Of a stretch of 64,000 nucleotides of DNA, positions 8,679 through 17,535 are shown in pieces (within the stretch, counting starts at the first letter, position 1; each line of letters begins with the position of its first letter). The notes under the pieces were generated by a model. The model had not been told where the DNA came from. It saw only the letters and a program-made list of their open reading frames with translations, and made no database searches. Position numbers and translations under genes: made by a program. Source of the stretch: an uncultured Thermoleophilia bacterium (GTDB lineage: Bacteria > Actinomycetota > Thermoleophilia > UBA2241); the NCBI GenBank assembly GCA_903927755.1, contig CAIYOD010000164.1, positions 742-64,741 on the forward strand, read 5' to 3'.

Positions 8679-9946
8679 GCTCCCACTCCCTCCTCAGCGT
8701 CCGCCCGGATCCACGATCGCCTCCTGGTCGCCCCGTCTGTGAGGACGGCAACCAGGAGCAATGCAAGGAGCACAGGATACAGTGCGGTCGACCAGCTTGC
8801 CGTGATGCCGAAGCGGACGTAGTCGAGCGGCACCAGGAGAAGCCCGAACACGACGGCATACAGCCGCCCCCGTGACGAGCGCATTCCCCAGGCGCCCACG
8901 AGCGCCAGCGGCAGGTAGAGATGGACGAGTGTGTAGTCGTGGCTCTCCAACGGCAGAAGGAGAGCGCACACGATCAACGCCGTGAGCTTTCTCCACGCCT
9001 CGAGATCGTAGAGCAGCAGGCGAAGGAAGACCAGCGCGAACACCCCCAGCGCAGCCACCAGGTACAGAGGGGGTATGTGCACCATCATCTGCAGCGCGTA
9101 GCCCGTGGCGCGGTCGATGAACAGCACGAGGCCGTGGAGCGTGTGGCCGTGCTGAAACCCCCACTCGAGCCCACTCTGTCCGGCATGCCCCCTCAGCGTC
9201 GCGACAGTGTCCTTCAGGACCTCGGCGAAGCCTAGTCCTGAGATCGCCGCCAGGCTGACGGCGGACACGATGGTCACGATCACGGAGCCTGCCACGGCAA
9301 GCGCGAACTGCCTCCACCGCCGGTCGCTCAGAGGCAGCACCAGCAGGACGACCCAGTAGTACTTACCTGCGATGGCCAGCGCGAGCGGCAGCCAGGCCCA
9401 GCCCGAGCGGCGCACGTAATAAAGGTAGACGAAGGCGGCGAGCAACACGAAGATCAGCATCTCGAGGTTCGCGCGGTCGACGAGAAACAGGACCGGGTAC
9501 GAGAGGATGCAGAAGACCAAGACGTAAGCGTCGCGCAGACCCCGCGGGCCCAGGCGAGCAGTCACGCCGTACCAGAGCGTCATGACGAGCACGCAGGCGA
9601 AGAGAACTGTGACCGCAAGCCACGCCGGCAACTCGGGCAGCACCGCCAGCCCGCGCGTGACCATGTGCAGGAATCCCGAGTAGACGATGTTCGAGTCGCC
9701 GCCCCTGCCGTACCGCAGGACGTTTCCGTACACTTCCAGGAAGTCGCCGAAGCGATCCTCCGGCCGGAACAGGAACGTGGTGCTGGGCCAGCGCCGGTCC
9801 GTGAAAGCGGCGATGGCGCCATGGTAGGCGCCGCTCGCCAGTGTCCCCACGAAGACGATGACGCCGATCAGCCGGACCTCGACGCCGCCGTCACGCTGAA
9901 GATCGCTGAGGTCATCTCCGCGCAGGAACCCTCGAAGCGCGCTCAT
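8675..9946 (-). CDS. Polytopic GT-C-like membrane protein, divergent paralog (DUF2029/GT87-like)
   Basis: The first 120 codons of ORF 8675-10306 overlap the upstream gene out of frame, so the true start is ATG 9946 (ATGA overlap with the stop at 9943). Shares TTFLFRPEDRFGDF, VDRANLEMLIFVLL, QHGHTLHGL, HDYTLVHLYLP and LVPLDY with the two paralogs. Confidence 0.7.
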   Translation of the reverse strand: MSALRGFLRGDDLSDLQRDGGVEVRLIGVIVFVGTLASGAYHGAIAAFTDRRWPSTTFLFRPEDRFGDFLEVYGNVLRYGRGGDSNIVYSGFLHMVTRGLAVLPELPAWLAVTVLFACVLVMTLWYGVTARLGPRGLRDAYVLVFCILSYPVLFLVDRANLEMLIFVLLAAFVYLYYVRRSGWAWLPLALAIAGKYYWVVLLVLPLSDRRWRQFALAVAGSVIVTIVSAVSLAAISGLGFAEVLKDTVATLRGHAGQSGLEWGFQHGHTLHGLVLFIDRATGYALQMMVHIPPLYLVAALGVFALVFLRLLLYDLEAWRKLTALIVCALLLPLESHDYTLVHLYLPLALVGAWGMRSSRGRLYAVVFGLLLVPLDYVRFGITASWSTALYPVLLALLLVAVLTDGATRRRSWIRADAEEGVGA

Positions 9947-11232
9947 CGTGTCCGCGGCGGCGTCGCTGATAACTCGGCAGCAGACGGGCGTGCCCGATCC
10001 ACGATCGCCAGCGCCGTCAAGGCGATCATTGCCAGCGGATAGACGATCACCGAGATACTGATGCCGTCGGCGTAGAGCGCGAAATAGTGATAGTCCACGG
10101 GAATGAGCAGTACGCCGAACAGGCCCACGTAGACGAGATCCCAGCGCGACACACGCGGGGAGTTGATGAAGAAGACGATCGGGAAGTAGAGGTAGATCAG
10201 CGTGTAGTCCGCCGAGACGAACGGCAGCAGCAGCGCCGGCACGATGCTCAGCAGGACCCGCTTCCAGCGCTCCGTCTCGCGAAACACGACGTGGATGGCG
10301 ATGCACACGAAGATGAGGGCGACAGCGACCTCATACAGCGTCATCTGCCAGTCGGTGTTGGCCGCTCCCGACAGGAAGCCCGGCACGCGCAGGAGCCCCC
10401 ACAGCGTGTGCCCATGCTGGATGCCGCCGCCGCCCATCACCATCATGTTCTGATAGACGGCGCGGCCATTCGAGCTCATCTCCCAGAAGCGCTGGGGCCC
10501 GATGTGGCCGAGGGCGGGGACGAGCAGCGTGCTGACGGCCGTCATACCGATGGCCAGGCCCACGGTCTGCGCCAGAGTCCGGTAACGGCGCTCGGCAAGG
10601 AGCAGAAGGAGCAGAGTGGCCGGATACAGCTTGAAGGCGATCGCGGCGGCCAGGAACACAGCGGCAGCCCACGACGACCCGCGAACGTAGAGAGAGTAGA
10701 AGAAGCCCGCCAGGAGGACGAAGAGCAGCATCTCGAGGTTCGCACGATCGAGCACCCACAGCACCGGGTAGGCAAGGACGATGAGGACGAAGCCGTACTG
10801 AACCTTGGTCAACGTGTGCTCTGTACAGTCGAGCACCCATCCACGAAGCATCAAGACCATCGTGAAGAGAAAGGCCAGGATCATGGCGGCGAATCCGACA
10901 CGCATCGGAACGATGGTCGCGGCGAGCGTCGTGAGGATGGCGAAGGGGAAGTAGACCACCCAGATAGCCTCGCCCCTCAGGAAAGCGAGCGCGGCGAGGT
11001 ACGGGTTGTCCCAGTCATTGAAGTGGTCTTCCGGACGAAACAGGAACGTCGAGGACGGATACCCGTGACCAAGGTAGAAGGCCTCCCTGTAGTGGAAGAC
11101 GATGGACAGGACAGTGCCGACAAGGAGGATCGTCACCAGGACGCGGACGCGACGGGCCTTGGCTTCCCGCTCCACGAGCACGTCGCTGCCCATTCCGGGA
11201 GCCGCGACGGTCGACCGCACGCTCTGCCTCAC
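9943..11232 (-). CDS. Polytopic GT-C-like membrane protein, paralog (DUF2029/GT87-like)
   Basis: About 11 TM helices. Motifs: STFLFRPEDHFNDW, VLDRANLEMLLFVLLAGFFYSLYVR, AIAFKLYPATLLLLLLAERR, IQHGHTLWGLLR. Confidence 0.7.
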   Translation of the reverse strand: MRQSVRSTVAAPGMGSDVLVEREAKARRVRVLVTILLVGTVLSIVFHYREAFYLGHGYPSSTFLFRPEDHFNDWDNPYLAALAFLRGEAIWVVYFPFAILTTLAATIVPMRVGFAAMILAFLFTMVLMLRGWVLDCTEHTLTKVQYGFVLIVLAYPVLWVLDRANLEMLLFVLLAGFFYSLYVRGSSWAAAVFLAAAIAFKLYPATLLLLLLAERRYRTLAQTVGLAIGMTAVSTLLVPALGHIGPQRFWEMSSNGRAVYQNMMVMGGGGIQHGHTLWGLLRVPGFLSGAANTDWQMTLYEVAVALIFVCIAIHVVFRETERWKRVLLSIVPALLLPFVSADYTLIYLYFPIVFFINSPRVSRWDLVYVGLFGVLLIPVDYHYFALYADGISISVIVYPLAMIALTALAIVDRARPSAAELSATPPRTR

Positions 11233-12227
11233 AGGAACCTGTCTCTGACCACGTAGTTCGGCCTCTTCCTAACCTCCTCGTTGATGCGCCAGACGTATTC
11301 GCCGATCACACCCAGCATCACCATGATGAGCCCGCCCACAAGGAGGATGGCGATCATGATCGGGGCCCAGCCGGTGAAGGGCGTCTCGCCGAACGCCCAC
11401 CCCACGGCGATGACGATGCTGTAGACAAGCCCGCACACCGCGGTGATCATTCCGACCACCGAGATGAATCGGATCGGGAGGAACGAGGCATCGAGGATGG
11501 CGTCCAGAAAGACCTTGAGCTTCTTCGAGAAGTTGTACTGCGACACCCCGATCGTCCTCTTCATCCGGACGTAGGGAATGAAGCTGGTCCGGTAGCCCGT
11601 CCAGAGAACGTCACCCTGGAAGAACCGGTGCCGGACGTCGATGGAATTGAACGTGTCCATCGCTCGTCTGTCCATCAGCACGTAGTCGAAACCGCCCCTG
11701 GGAATCTGCGGGATCGAGATCCGCAGCATCCCGTAGGCCAGCCGAGACGCCACCTTGGCGAGCAGAGGATCGGAGCGATCGGTACGGTGGCAGATCACGA
11801 TCTCCGAGCCGGCCTGCCATTTCTCGACCATCTCGGGAATCAACTCCACCGGGTCCTGGAGGTCGGCGGAGATGTTGATGATCGCGTCGCCGGTCGCCTC
11901 CCGGAAGCCGGCGAGCATGGCCGCCATCTGGCCGAAGTTCCTCGTGAAGCTGATCGCGGTGACCTTCGGATCCTGCTCCCTCAGCGCCAGGATCTCCTGC
12001 AGCGACCCGTCCTTGGAGCCATCGTCCACGAACACGAACTCGTACTCGTACTCACTCAGGGCCGTCCCGAACAGCGATCGGATGCTCTCGTAGGTCTTGC
12101 TGATCGCACCCTCGTTCTGAAACACGGCTATCACGAACGAAACCTTCACCTGGTCCGCCTTTGCTCTCACCATCTTCGCCACTCGGCCAACGCTTCCCGA
12201 AGTCGATCCGGACCGGATCTCCGCCAC
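11229..12227 (-). CDS. GT2 polyprenol-phosphate glycosyltransferase (GtrB/DPM1-like), second copy
   Basis: VSFVIAVFQNEG..FVFVDDGSKDGS..ISADLQDPVELIPEMV, plus C-terminal TM helices. Its stop overlaps the downstream GT-C start (GTGA). Confidence 0.85.
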   Translation of the reverse strand: MAEIRSGSTSGSVGRVAKMVRAKADQVKVSFVIAVFQNEGAISKTYESIRSLFGTALSEYEYEFVFVDDGSKDGSLQEILALREQDPKVTAISFTRNFGQMAAMLAGFREATGDAIINISADLQDPVELIPEMVEKWQAGSEIVICHRTDRSDPLLAKVASRLAYGMLRISIPQIPRGGFDYVLMDRRAMDTFNSIDVRHRFFQGDVLWTGYRTSFIPYVRMKRTIGVSQYNFSKKLKVFLDAILDASFLPIRFISVVGMITAVCGLVYSIVIAVGWAFGETPFTGWAPIMIAILLVGGLIMVMLGVIGEYVWRINEEVRKRPNYVVRDRFL

Positions 12228-12314
12228 AGGAACAAGCCTTGGACTGCTTCGACAGGACCCAACGGCATCCCCCCGCGAGACGGAATGGGCCGGGGACCGC
12301 GCGCCGGCGCCGCG

Positions 12315-12322
12315 AGTATACT
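12315..12322. promoter_or_regulatory. Palindromic AGTATACT giving a TATACT -10-like box on both strands of the divergent intergenic region
   Basis: The only AT-rich element in the 181-nt gap between the divergent genes at 12227 (-) and 12409 (+). The same TATACT hexamer appears in the pyrG promoter candidate. Confidence 0.3.
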
Positions 12323-12408
12323 AGTCTCCACCTGCGACGGAGGCCCGCGGGTGACTCCGGGAGCTCGCGAAGGGTGTCGGGGCCGGACTCGGAACGCCAG
12401 GGATACCG

Positions 12409-12999
12409 ATGAATCAATCAATGTCCTACTACTCGCCTGATGAACTCGACGGCCTCGGCTTCGCCTCGTGCGGAAGCGACGTCCTCGTCAGCCGGAACGC
12501 CGCCATCCATCGCCCGGACAGGGTCAGCATCGGGGACCACGTCCGCATCGACGACTTCGTCGTCCTCACGGGCGGCGACGACGCGCTGGTGGCCATCGGC
12601 AGCTACGTCCACATCGCCGCTCACGCTGCCCTCTTCGGAAGCGCCGGCCTGGTGCTCGAGGACTTCGTGGGCGTGTCCGGGCGCGTGTCCCTCTACTCGA
12701 CCACGGATGACTACGGTGGTGACGTCCTCACCAACCCCACGGTCCCCGCTCGCTTCAAACGCGTGATCCGGGCGCCGGTCGTGCTACGGCGCCATGTCGT
12801 CGTCGGCGCCGGAAGTGTCATCCTGCCGGGCGTGACGATCGGCGAAGGCAGCGCGACGGGGGCTCTGACCCTGGTCAACCGCGACCTCGAGCCTTGGGGC
12901 ATCTACGTCGGGGCTCCTGCGCGGCTCCTGAAACGCCGTTCAGCGGGAGTGCTCGAGCTCGAGGCGGAGCTTCGCGCCTCCGACGAGGCAGACGCGTAG
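12409..12999 (+). CDS. Left-handed beta-helix (hexapeptide-repeat) acetyltransferase, probable sugar N/O-acetyltransferase
   Basis: Hexapeptide repeats: IGDHVRIDDFVVL, IGSYVHIAAHAAL, VVVGAGSVILPGVTIGEGSATGA. Confidence 0.8.
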   Translation: MNQSMSYYSPDELDGLGFASCGSDVLVSRNAAIHRPDRVSIGDHVRIDDFVVLTGGDDALVAIGSYVHIAAHAALFGSAGLVLEDFVGVSGRVSLYSTTDDYGGDVLTNPTVPARFKRVIRAPVVLRRHVVVGAGSVILPGVTIGEGSATGALTLVNRDLEPWGIYVGAPARLLKRRSAGVLELEAELRASDEADA

Positions 13000-13060
13000 C
13001 GGCACTGCGCTGATGTACCAGCGAGGATCCTGACCAACGACTCGTGATGAGGGGACCGAC

Positions 13061-14242
13061 GTGAGCACAGCTGAGCTGGCCATTCTGGGGGGAGAGCCCG
13101 AGTTCGCCGAACCGCTGCACGTCGGGAGACCGAATCTGGGCGATACCGGCAAGTTCCTTGAACGCGTCCGAGGCATCCTCGACGCGGCCTGGCTGACGAA
13201 CGACGGTCGCTGCGTCAGGGAGTTCGAGGAGCGCATCGCCGACCTCGCGCACGTCGAGCACTGCATCGCCATGTCCAGCGGCACGGCGGCCCTCGAGATC
13301 GCCAGCCGGGCGCTCGGCTTCTCCGAGGAGGTCATCATCCCGGCGTTCACGTTCGTGGCCACGGCACATGCACTGATGTGGCAAGGGGTGCGGCCCGTCT
13401 TCTGCGACATCACTCCAGACATCCACCACATCGATCCTGCGGCGATCGAGCCACTGATCACCCACCGCACGACCGGCATCATCGGCGTGCACCTCTGGGG
13501 GCAACCCTGTGATGCCGCCGCCCTCACGCAGGTGGCGAAGCGGCACGGATTGAAACTCATGTTCGACGCCGCCCACGCGCTTGGCGTGGAACGGGACGGC
13601 CGCCATGTAGGAGCGCTTGGAGACTGCGAGGTCTTCAGCTTCCACGCGACCAAGTTCCTGAACACACTGGAGGGCGGCGCAGTAGTCACGAACGACGACC
13701 AGCTCGCAGAGAAACTCCGCTTCATGCGGAACTTCGGTTTCTCAGGCGAGGACTGCGTCGCGCACCTCGGGACCAACGGCAAGATGAACGAGATCTCGGC
13801 CGCGATGGGCCTGACCCTGCTCGACCAGTACGACGACCTCATCTCGGCCAACAAGACGACGTACCAGGCGTTCGCCGACGAACTGCCGAGCGTCCCGGGG
13901 CTTCATGTCATCCAGTACCCCGACGACGGGCGCTACAACTACCAGCACGTGGTCGCCATGGTGGACGAAGCGGAGTCTGGACTGAGCCGAGACCGCATCG
14001 TTGCCGTGCTCCGCGCGGAGAACGTGCTCGCGAGGCGCTACTTCTATCCCGGCTGCCACCGCATGAAGCCCTACGCCGCGATGCACGAGTACGCCGGTCT
14101 CCACCTGCCGGTGACCGACGACGTCGCCGGGAGGGTCATCGTCTTCCCTGCAGGGCCCCAGTTGGCTCCCGCGGACGTCGGGCGCATCGGAGCGATCCTG
14201 CGCAAGGCATCTGACTCGGCACGGCGCATCACCGACGCCTAA
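13061..14242 (+). CDS. DegT/DnrJ/EryC1/StrS-family PLP-dependent sugar aminotransferase
   Basis: AMSSGTAALEIA, and the SFHATKFLNTLEGG motif with the PLP lysine retained. Confidence 0.85.
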   Translation: MSTAELAILGGEPEFAEPLHVGRPNLGDTGKFLERVRGILDAAWLTNDGRCVREFEERIADLAHVEHCIAMSSGTAALEIASRALGFSEEVIIPAFTFVATAHALMWQGVRPVFCDITPDIHHIDPAAIEPLITHRTTGIIGVHLWGQPCDAAALTQVAKRHGLKLMFDAAHALGVERDGRHVGALGDCEVFSFHATKFLNTLEGGAVVTNDDQLAEKLRFMRNFGFSGEDCVAHLGTNGKMNEISAAMGLTLLDQYDDLISANKTTYQAFADELPSVPGLHVIQYPDDGRYNYQHVVAMVDEAESGLSRDRIVAVLRAENVLARRYFYPGCHRMKPYAAMHEYAGLHLPVTDDVAGRVIVFPAGPQLAPADVGRIGAILRKASDSARRITDA

Positions 14243-14288
14243 GCGAAGCGCCGGTCACCGGGCAGTCCGGCCTGGCGTGTCGCTTCGC
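14243..14288. terminator. Inverted repeat between convergent genes (possible bidirectional terminator)
   Basis: GCGAAGCG (14243-14250) pairs with CGCTTCGC (14281-14288), separated by a GC-rich loop. No clear U-tract. Confidence 0.25.
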
Positions 14289-14312
14289 AGAGGATCGAAG
14301 GGCGGCCGGAGA

Positions 14313-15005
14313 TCACTCCCAAGCGTCGGTACGGATGTTCCCCTCCGGCACGCCGCGCCCACGCAGTTGCCTGGTGAGCCCGGCGAGCATCTCGGACGGG
14401 CCGCTCAGATAGAAGAGCGGCGCGTCGAGCCTCTCTATCGCCGGCCAGGCTGAGTCGACGTCGAGAACCCCTGCCGAGGCCTCCGCCACGAGCTTGCACG
14501 TGAGCGACGGCACCTCGCGGGCGCAGGCCTCGGCCAGCCGGCCGTAGATGAAGAGCTCCGGGGTCCGGGCGCCGTAGAACAGCAGCACCCTCGGCGCCGT
14601 CTTCGCCACCAGCGACTGCAAGAAGGCCGTGAACGCGGTCACGCCCGTGCCGCCGGCGAACAGGACGGCATCCCGGGAGGCATCCACAACGAACTCCCCG
14701 TATGGCAGCTTGAGCCAGACCTCACACCCCTCGGACAGCTCACGCTCCATCCTCGACGTGAACGCACCCTTAACGGCGTATGTGATCTCGAGGCGGTCCC
14801 TCTGCAGTGGCGGACTCGCGATCGAAAACACGCGGGAGTCCGGCCAGAAGCCGCCGGGCACGTACTCATCGAGCGCCAGGTGAAGGAACTGACCAGGCTT
14901 GAAGCGCGGCACCAGCGCGGATGGCCGCAGTTCCACGGTGTAGACGTGCTCTCCGTGATCAGTCACACGCTCGACACGGCAGGCGATCTTGCGGACGACG
15001 GCCAT
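14313..15005 (-). CDS. FNR-like FAD/NAD(P)H oxidoreductase, E3-type CDP-6-deoxy-delta-3,4-glucoseen reductase lacking the ferredoxin domain
   Basis: RVFSIAS (FAD-binding RxYS-like) and LFAGGTGVTAF (NAD-binding). Sits 9 nt downstream of rfbH. Only 230 aa, with no CX4CX2C motif. Confidence 0.65.
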   Translation of the reverse strand: MAVVRKIACRVERVTDHGEHVYTVELRPSALVPRFKPGQFLHLALDEYVPGGFWPDSRVFSIASPPLQRDRLEITYAVKGAFTSRMERELSEGCEVWLKLPYGEFVVDASRDAVLFAGGTGVTAFTAFLQSLVAKTAPRVLLFYGARTPELFIYGRLAEACAREVPSLTCKLVAEASAGVLDVDSAWPAIERLDAPLFYLSGPSEMLAGLTRQLRGRGVPEGNIRTDAWE

Positions 15006-15014
15006 GTGCGGCGC

Positions 15015-16370
15015 TCAGCGGTCCACGGGCGCGAGCGGCCCATGGTCCGCACCCTCACCGGTCGCGCGCTCGCCGGCCATGAATCGCCTGAAGGCCTCGA
15101 CCATGTACTCCAGGCGCGCCGCGTCGATGCCGGGGTAGACGCCGACGAAGAACGTCCGTTCCATGACGGCGTCGGTGGTCGCGAGGTCGCCGACCACCCG
15201 CCGTTCGATGCTCTCGAACGCGGGGTGCCGCAGGAGGTTCCCGCTGAAGAGATTGCGCGTTTCGATCCGGTTCGCTTCGAGGAAACCCGTGAGCTCGTTC
15301 CGGGTGAACCCGGCGTCCTCGCGAACGGTGATGACGAAGCAGAACCACGACGGCTCGGTGTGCGGCGGTGCGAACGGCAGGATGAGCCGGTCCTCGAACG
15401 GCCGCAGCGCCTCGAGCAGCCGCGCGTGGTTGTGCTTGCGCGCGGCGATGAACTCCGGGAGTCGCGCGAGCTGCGCGCAACCGATCGCGGCCTGCATGTC
15501 GGTCGCCTTGAGGTTGTAGCCCAGGTGACTGTAGACGTACTTGTGGTCGTAGCCATGCGGGAGGCTGCCGAACTGCTGCGTGAAGCGTTTGCCGCACGTG
15601 TTGTTCTCGCCGCCGGCGCAGTAGCAGTCGCGGCCCCAATCGCGGATCGAGCGGGCGATCCGAGCCAGCTCCTCGTCGTCGGTGACGACCATGCCGCCCT
15701 CACCGGTGGTGATGTGGTGGGCGGGATAGAACGAGAGCGCGGCGAGATGCCCGAACGTGCCGGTGAGGCGGTCCCGGTAGCGCGACCCGAGGGCGTCGCA
15801 ATCGTCTTCCACAAGCCACAGGTCGTGCTTCTCGACCAGTTCCATGACGGTGTCCAGGTCGTAGGGCACGCCCAAGGTGTGGGCCAGCATGATCGCGCGG
15901 GTGCGTTCGCCAACGGCGGCACGCAACTGCTCCGGATCGGCGTTGTAGTCGCCCAGCGTCACGTCCACGAACACAGGTACAAGGCCGTTCTGCACGATCG
16001 GGGCCACCGTGCTGGGGAAGCCGGCGGCCACCGTGATCACCTCGTCTCCGGGCCGCAGCGCGCGCTCACCGAGCTTCGGCGAGGTCAGTGCGGTCAGCGC
16101 GACCAGATTGGCCGACGATCCCGAGTTCACGAACAAGGCGTCGGAGACGCCGAGGTAGTCGGCGATACCCGCCTCGAACTCCTCGGTGAAGCGGCTCGCG
16201 GTGAGGTAGAAGTCGAGGCTGGAGTCGACCAGGTAGCGCAGCTCCTCCTCGCCGAACACGCGGCCGGCGTAGTGGACCGGGTCGTGCGCAGGGTCGAAGG
16301 GCTTCGCCGCGTGGCGCTCACCGTGGTACTTCCCCACGAGGTCCAGGATCTCTGTTCGGCGGTCGGTCAC
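15015..16370 (-). CDS. rfbH: CDP-6-deoxy-L-threo-D-glycero-4-hexulose-3-dehydrase (E1)
   Basis: DegT fold with His replacing the PLP Lys (SFYPAHHITTGEGG) and a C-X1-C-X7-C iron-sulfur motif (DCYCAGGENNTC). The N-terminal 150 codons of the listed ORF overlap rfbG; likely start is GTG 16370, just after the rfbG stop. Confidence 0.85.
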   Translation of the reverse strand: MTDRRTEILDLVGKYHGERHAAKPFDPAHDPVHYAGRVFGEEELRYLVDSSLDFYLTASRFTEEFEAGIADYLGVSDALFVNSGSSANLVALTALTSPKLGERALRPGDEVITVAAGFPSTVAPIVQNGLVPVFVDVTLGDYNADPEQLRAAVGERTRAIMLAHTLGVPYDLDTVMELVEKHDLWLVEDDCDALGSRYRDRLTGTFGHLAALSFYPAHHITTGEGGMVVTDDEELARIARSIRDWGRDCYCAGGENNTCGKRFTQQFGSLPHGYDHKYVYSHLGYNLKATDMQAAIGCAQLARLPEFIAARKHNHARLLEALRPFEDRLILPFAPPHTEPSWFCFVITVREDAGFTRNELTGFLEANRIETRNLFSGNLLRHPAFESIERRVVGDLATTDAVMERTFFVGVYPGIDAARLEYMVEAFRRFMAGERATGEGADHGPLAPVDR

Positions 16371-16374
16371 CTCG

Positions 16375-17535
16375 TCATCCTCGTCCCCTCGCAGCGTTCT
16401 CGTCCGCGACGGCCCAGGCGAGCCCCGCGGCACGAGCGTCTTCCTCATAGGCCTGCAACTGACGCTCCACGAGATCCGGCGCCTTCGCGGCCGCGTGCGC
16501 ATACTCGCGGTACCAGACGGCGGTGTGCCGCACGGCCGTCGCCGCGTCCCAGACCGGCGCCCACGCAAGCCGCTCCCGCGCCTTGGCGCTGTCGAGACCG
16601 AGCAGGTGCGCCTCGTGCGGCTCGCCCGCCGAGTCGAGCGGCGGCGCCCACGAGCCCGTCCCCCACTCCTCGAGGAAGCGGTCCACGACCCAGCGAACCG
16701 GCCGGGCCGCGTCGCCGTCGGCCGGGCCGAAGTTCCACGGTCCCTGATACGCGCGCCCGTCATCCAGCATGAGAGCCCCGAGCCGGAGATACCCTGCCAG
16801 CGGCTCGAGCACGTGCTGCCAGGGGCGCACGGCATCGGGGTTCCGCACGACCACCGTCTCGTCGGCGGTCAGCGCACGCACGCAGTCAGGAACGATGCGG
16901 TCCGGCGCCCAGTCGCCGCCGCCGATGACGTTGCCGGCGCGCACGGAGGCGACCGCCGCCGCCCCCTCGCCGGCAAAGAAGCTCAGCCGGTACGCGTCCG
17001 TGACGAGCTCAGTGCACCCCTTGCTGGCGCTATAGGGGTCGCGCCCGCCCACGGCGTCCTCCTCGCGATAGGCACGACCGGTCTCGAGGTTGCGGTAGCA
17101 CTTGTCGCTGGTGATCACGACGACCGCCGCGACCGAATCGCAGGCTCGCACTGCGTCAAGGAGGTTCACCGTCCCCATCACGTTCGTCTCAATGGTCAGA
17201 CGGGGCTCCGCGTAGCTCAGGCGAACGAGTGGCTGGGCGGCGAGGTGGAAGACCAGCGACGGCTGCGCCGCCGCCACCTCTCCCGTGAGCCGATCGCAGT
17301 CCCTGACGTCGGCGACGATGTGGTGCATGCGCTCGTCAAGGCCCAGCGCATCGAACAGGTTCGGCTCAGTCGGCGGGTCGAGGGCGTAGCCCGTGACGTC
17401 CGCCCCCAGCCCCAGCAACCAGGACGAGAGCCACGCCCCCTTGAACCCGGTGTGGCCGGTGACGAAGACCCGCCGCCCGGCATACGCGCCGCCGAACGTC
17501 ACCAGGTCTTCCACGGCGCGGCGCCGCGCTCCCAC
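16375..17535 (-). CDS. rfbG: CDP-glucose 4,6-dehydratase
   Basis: RRVFVTGHTGFKGAWLSSWLLGLGADVTGYAL and YSASKGCTELV. The start may lie a few codons downstream, since it overlaps the rfbF end. Confidence 0.85.
   Translation of the reverse strand: MGARRRAVEDLVTFGGAYAGRRVFVTGHTGFKGAWLSSWLLGLGADVTGYALDPPTEPNLFDALGLDERMHHIVADVRDCDRLTGEVAAAQPSLVFHLAAQPLVRLSYAEPRLTIETNVMGTVNLLDAVRACDSVAAVVVITSDKCYRNLETGRAYREEDAVGGRDPYSASKGCTELVTDAYRLSFFAGEGAAAVASVRAGNVIGGGDWAPDRIVPDCVRALTADETVVVRNPDAVRPWQHVLEPLAGYLRLGALMLDDGRAYQGPWNFGPADGDAARPVRWVVDRFLEEWGTGSWAPPLDSAGEPHEAHLLGLDSAKARERLAWAPVWDAATAVRHTAVWYREYAHAAAKAPDLVERQLQAYEEDARAAGLAWAVADENAARGRG

Noticed and set aside
5529-8822. 1097-aa plus-strand ORF, with similar giants at 37416-40736, 61389-63665, 23463-26144, 57627-59456 and 52498-54057
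   Set aside because: These lie antisense to well-supported minus-strand genes (ThDP enzyme/SDR, smc, carboxyltransferase, rpsB/whiG, dxs, pyrG). Their translations are Arg/Gly/Ala/Pro/His-rich with no recognisable motifs. They are stop-poor shadow frames expected in GC-rich DNA.
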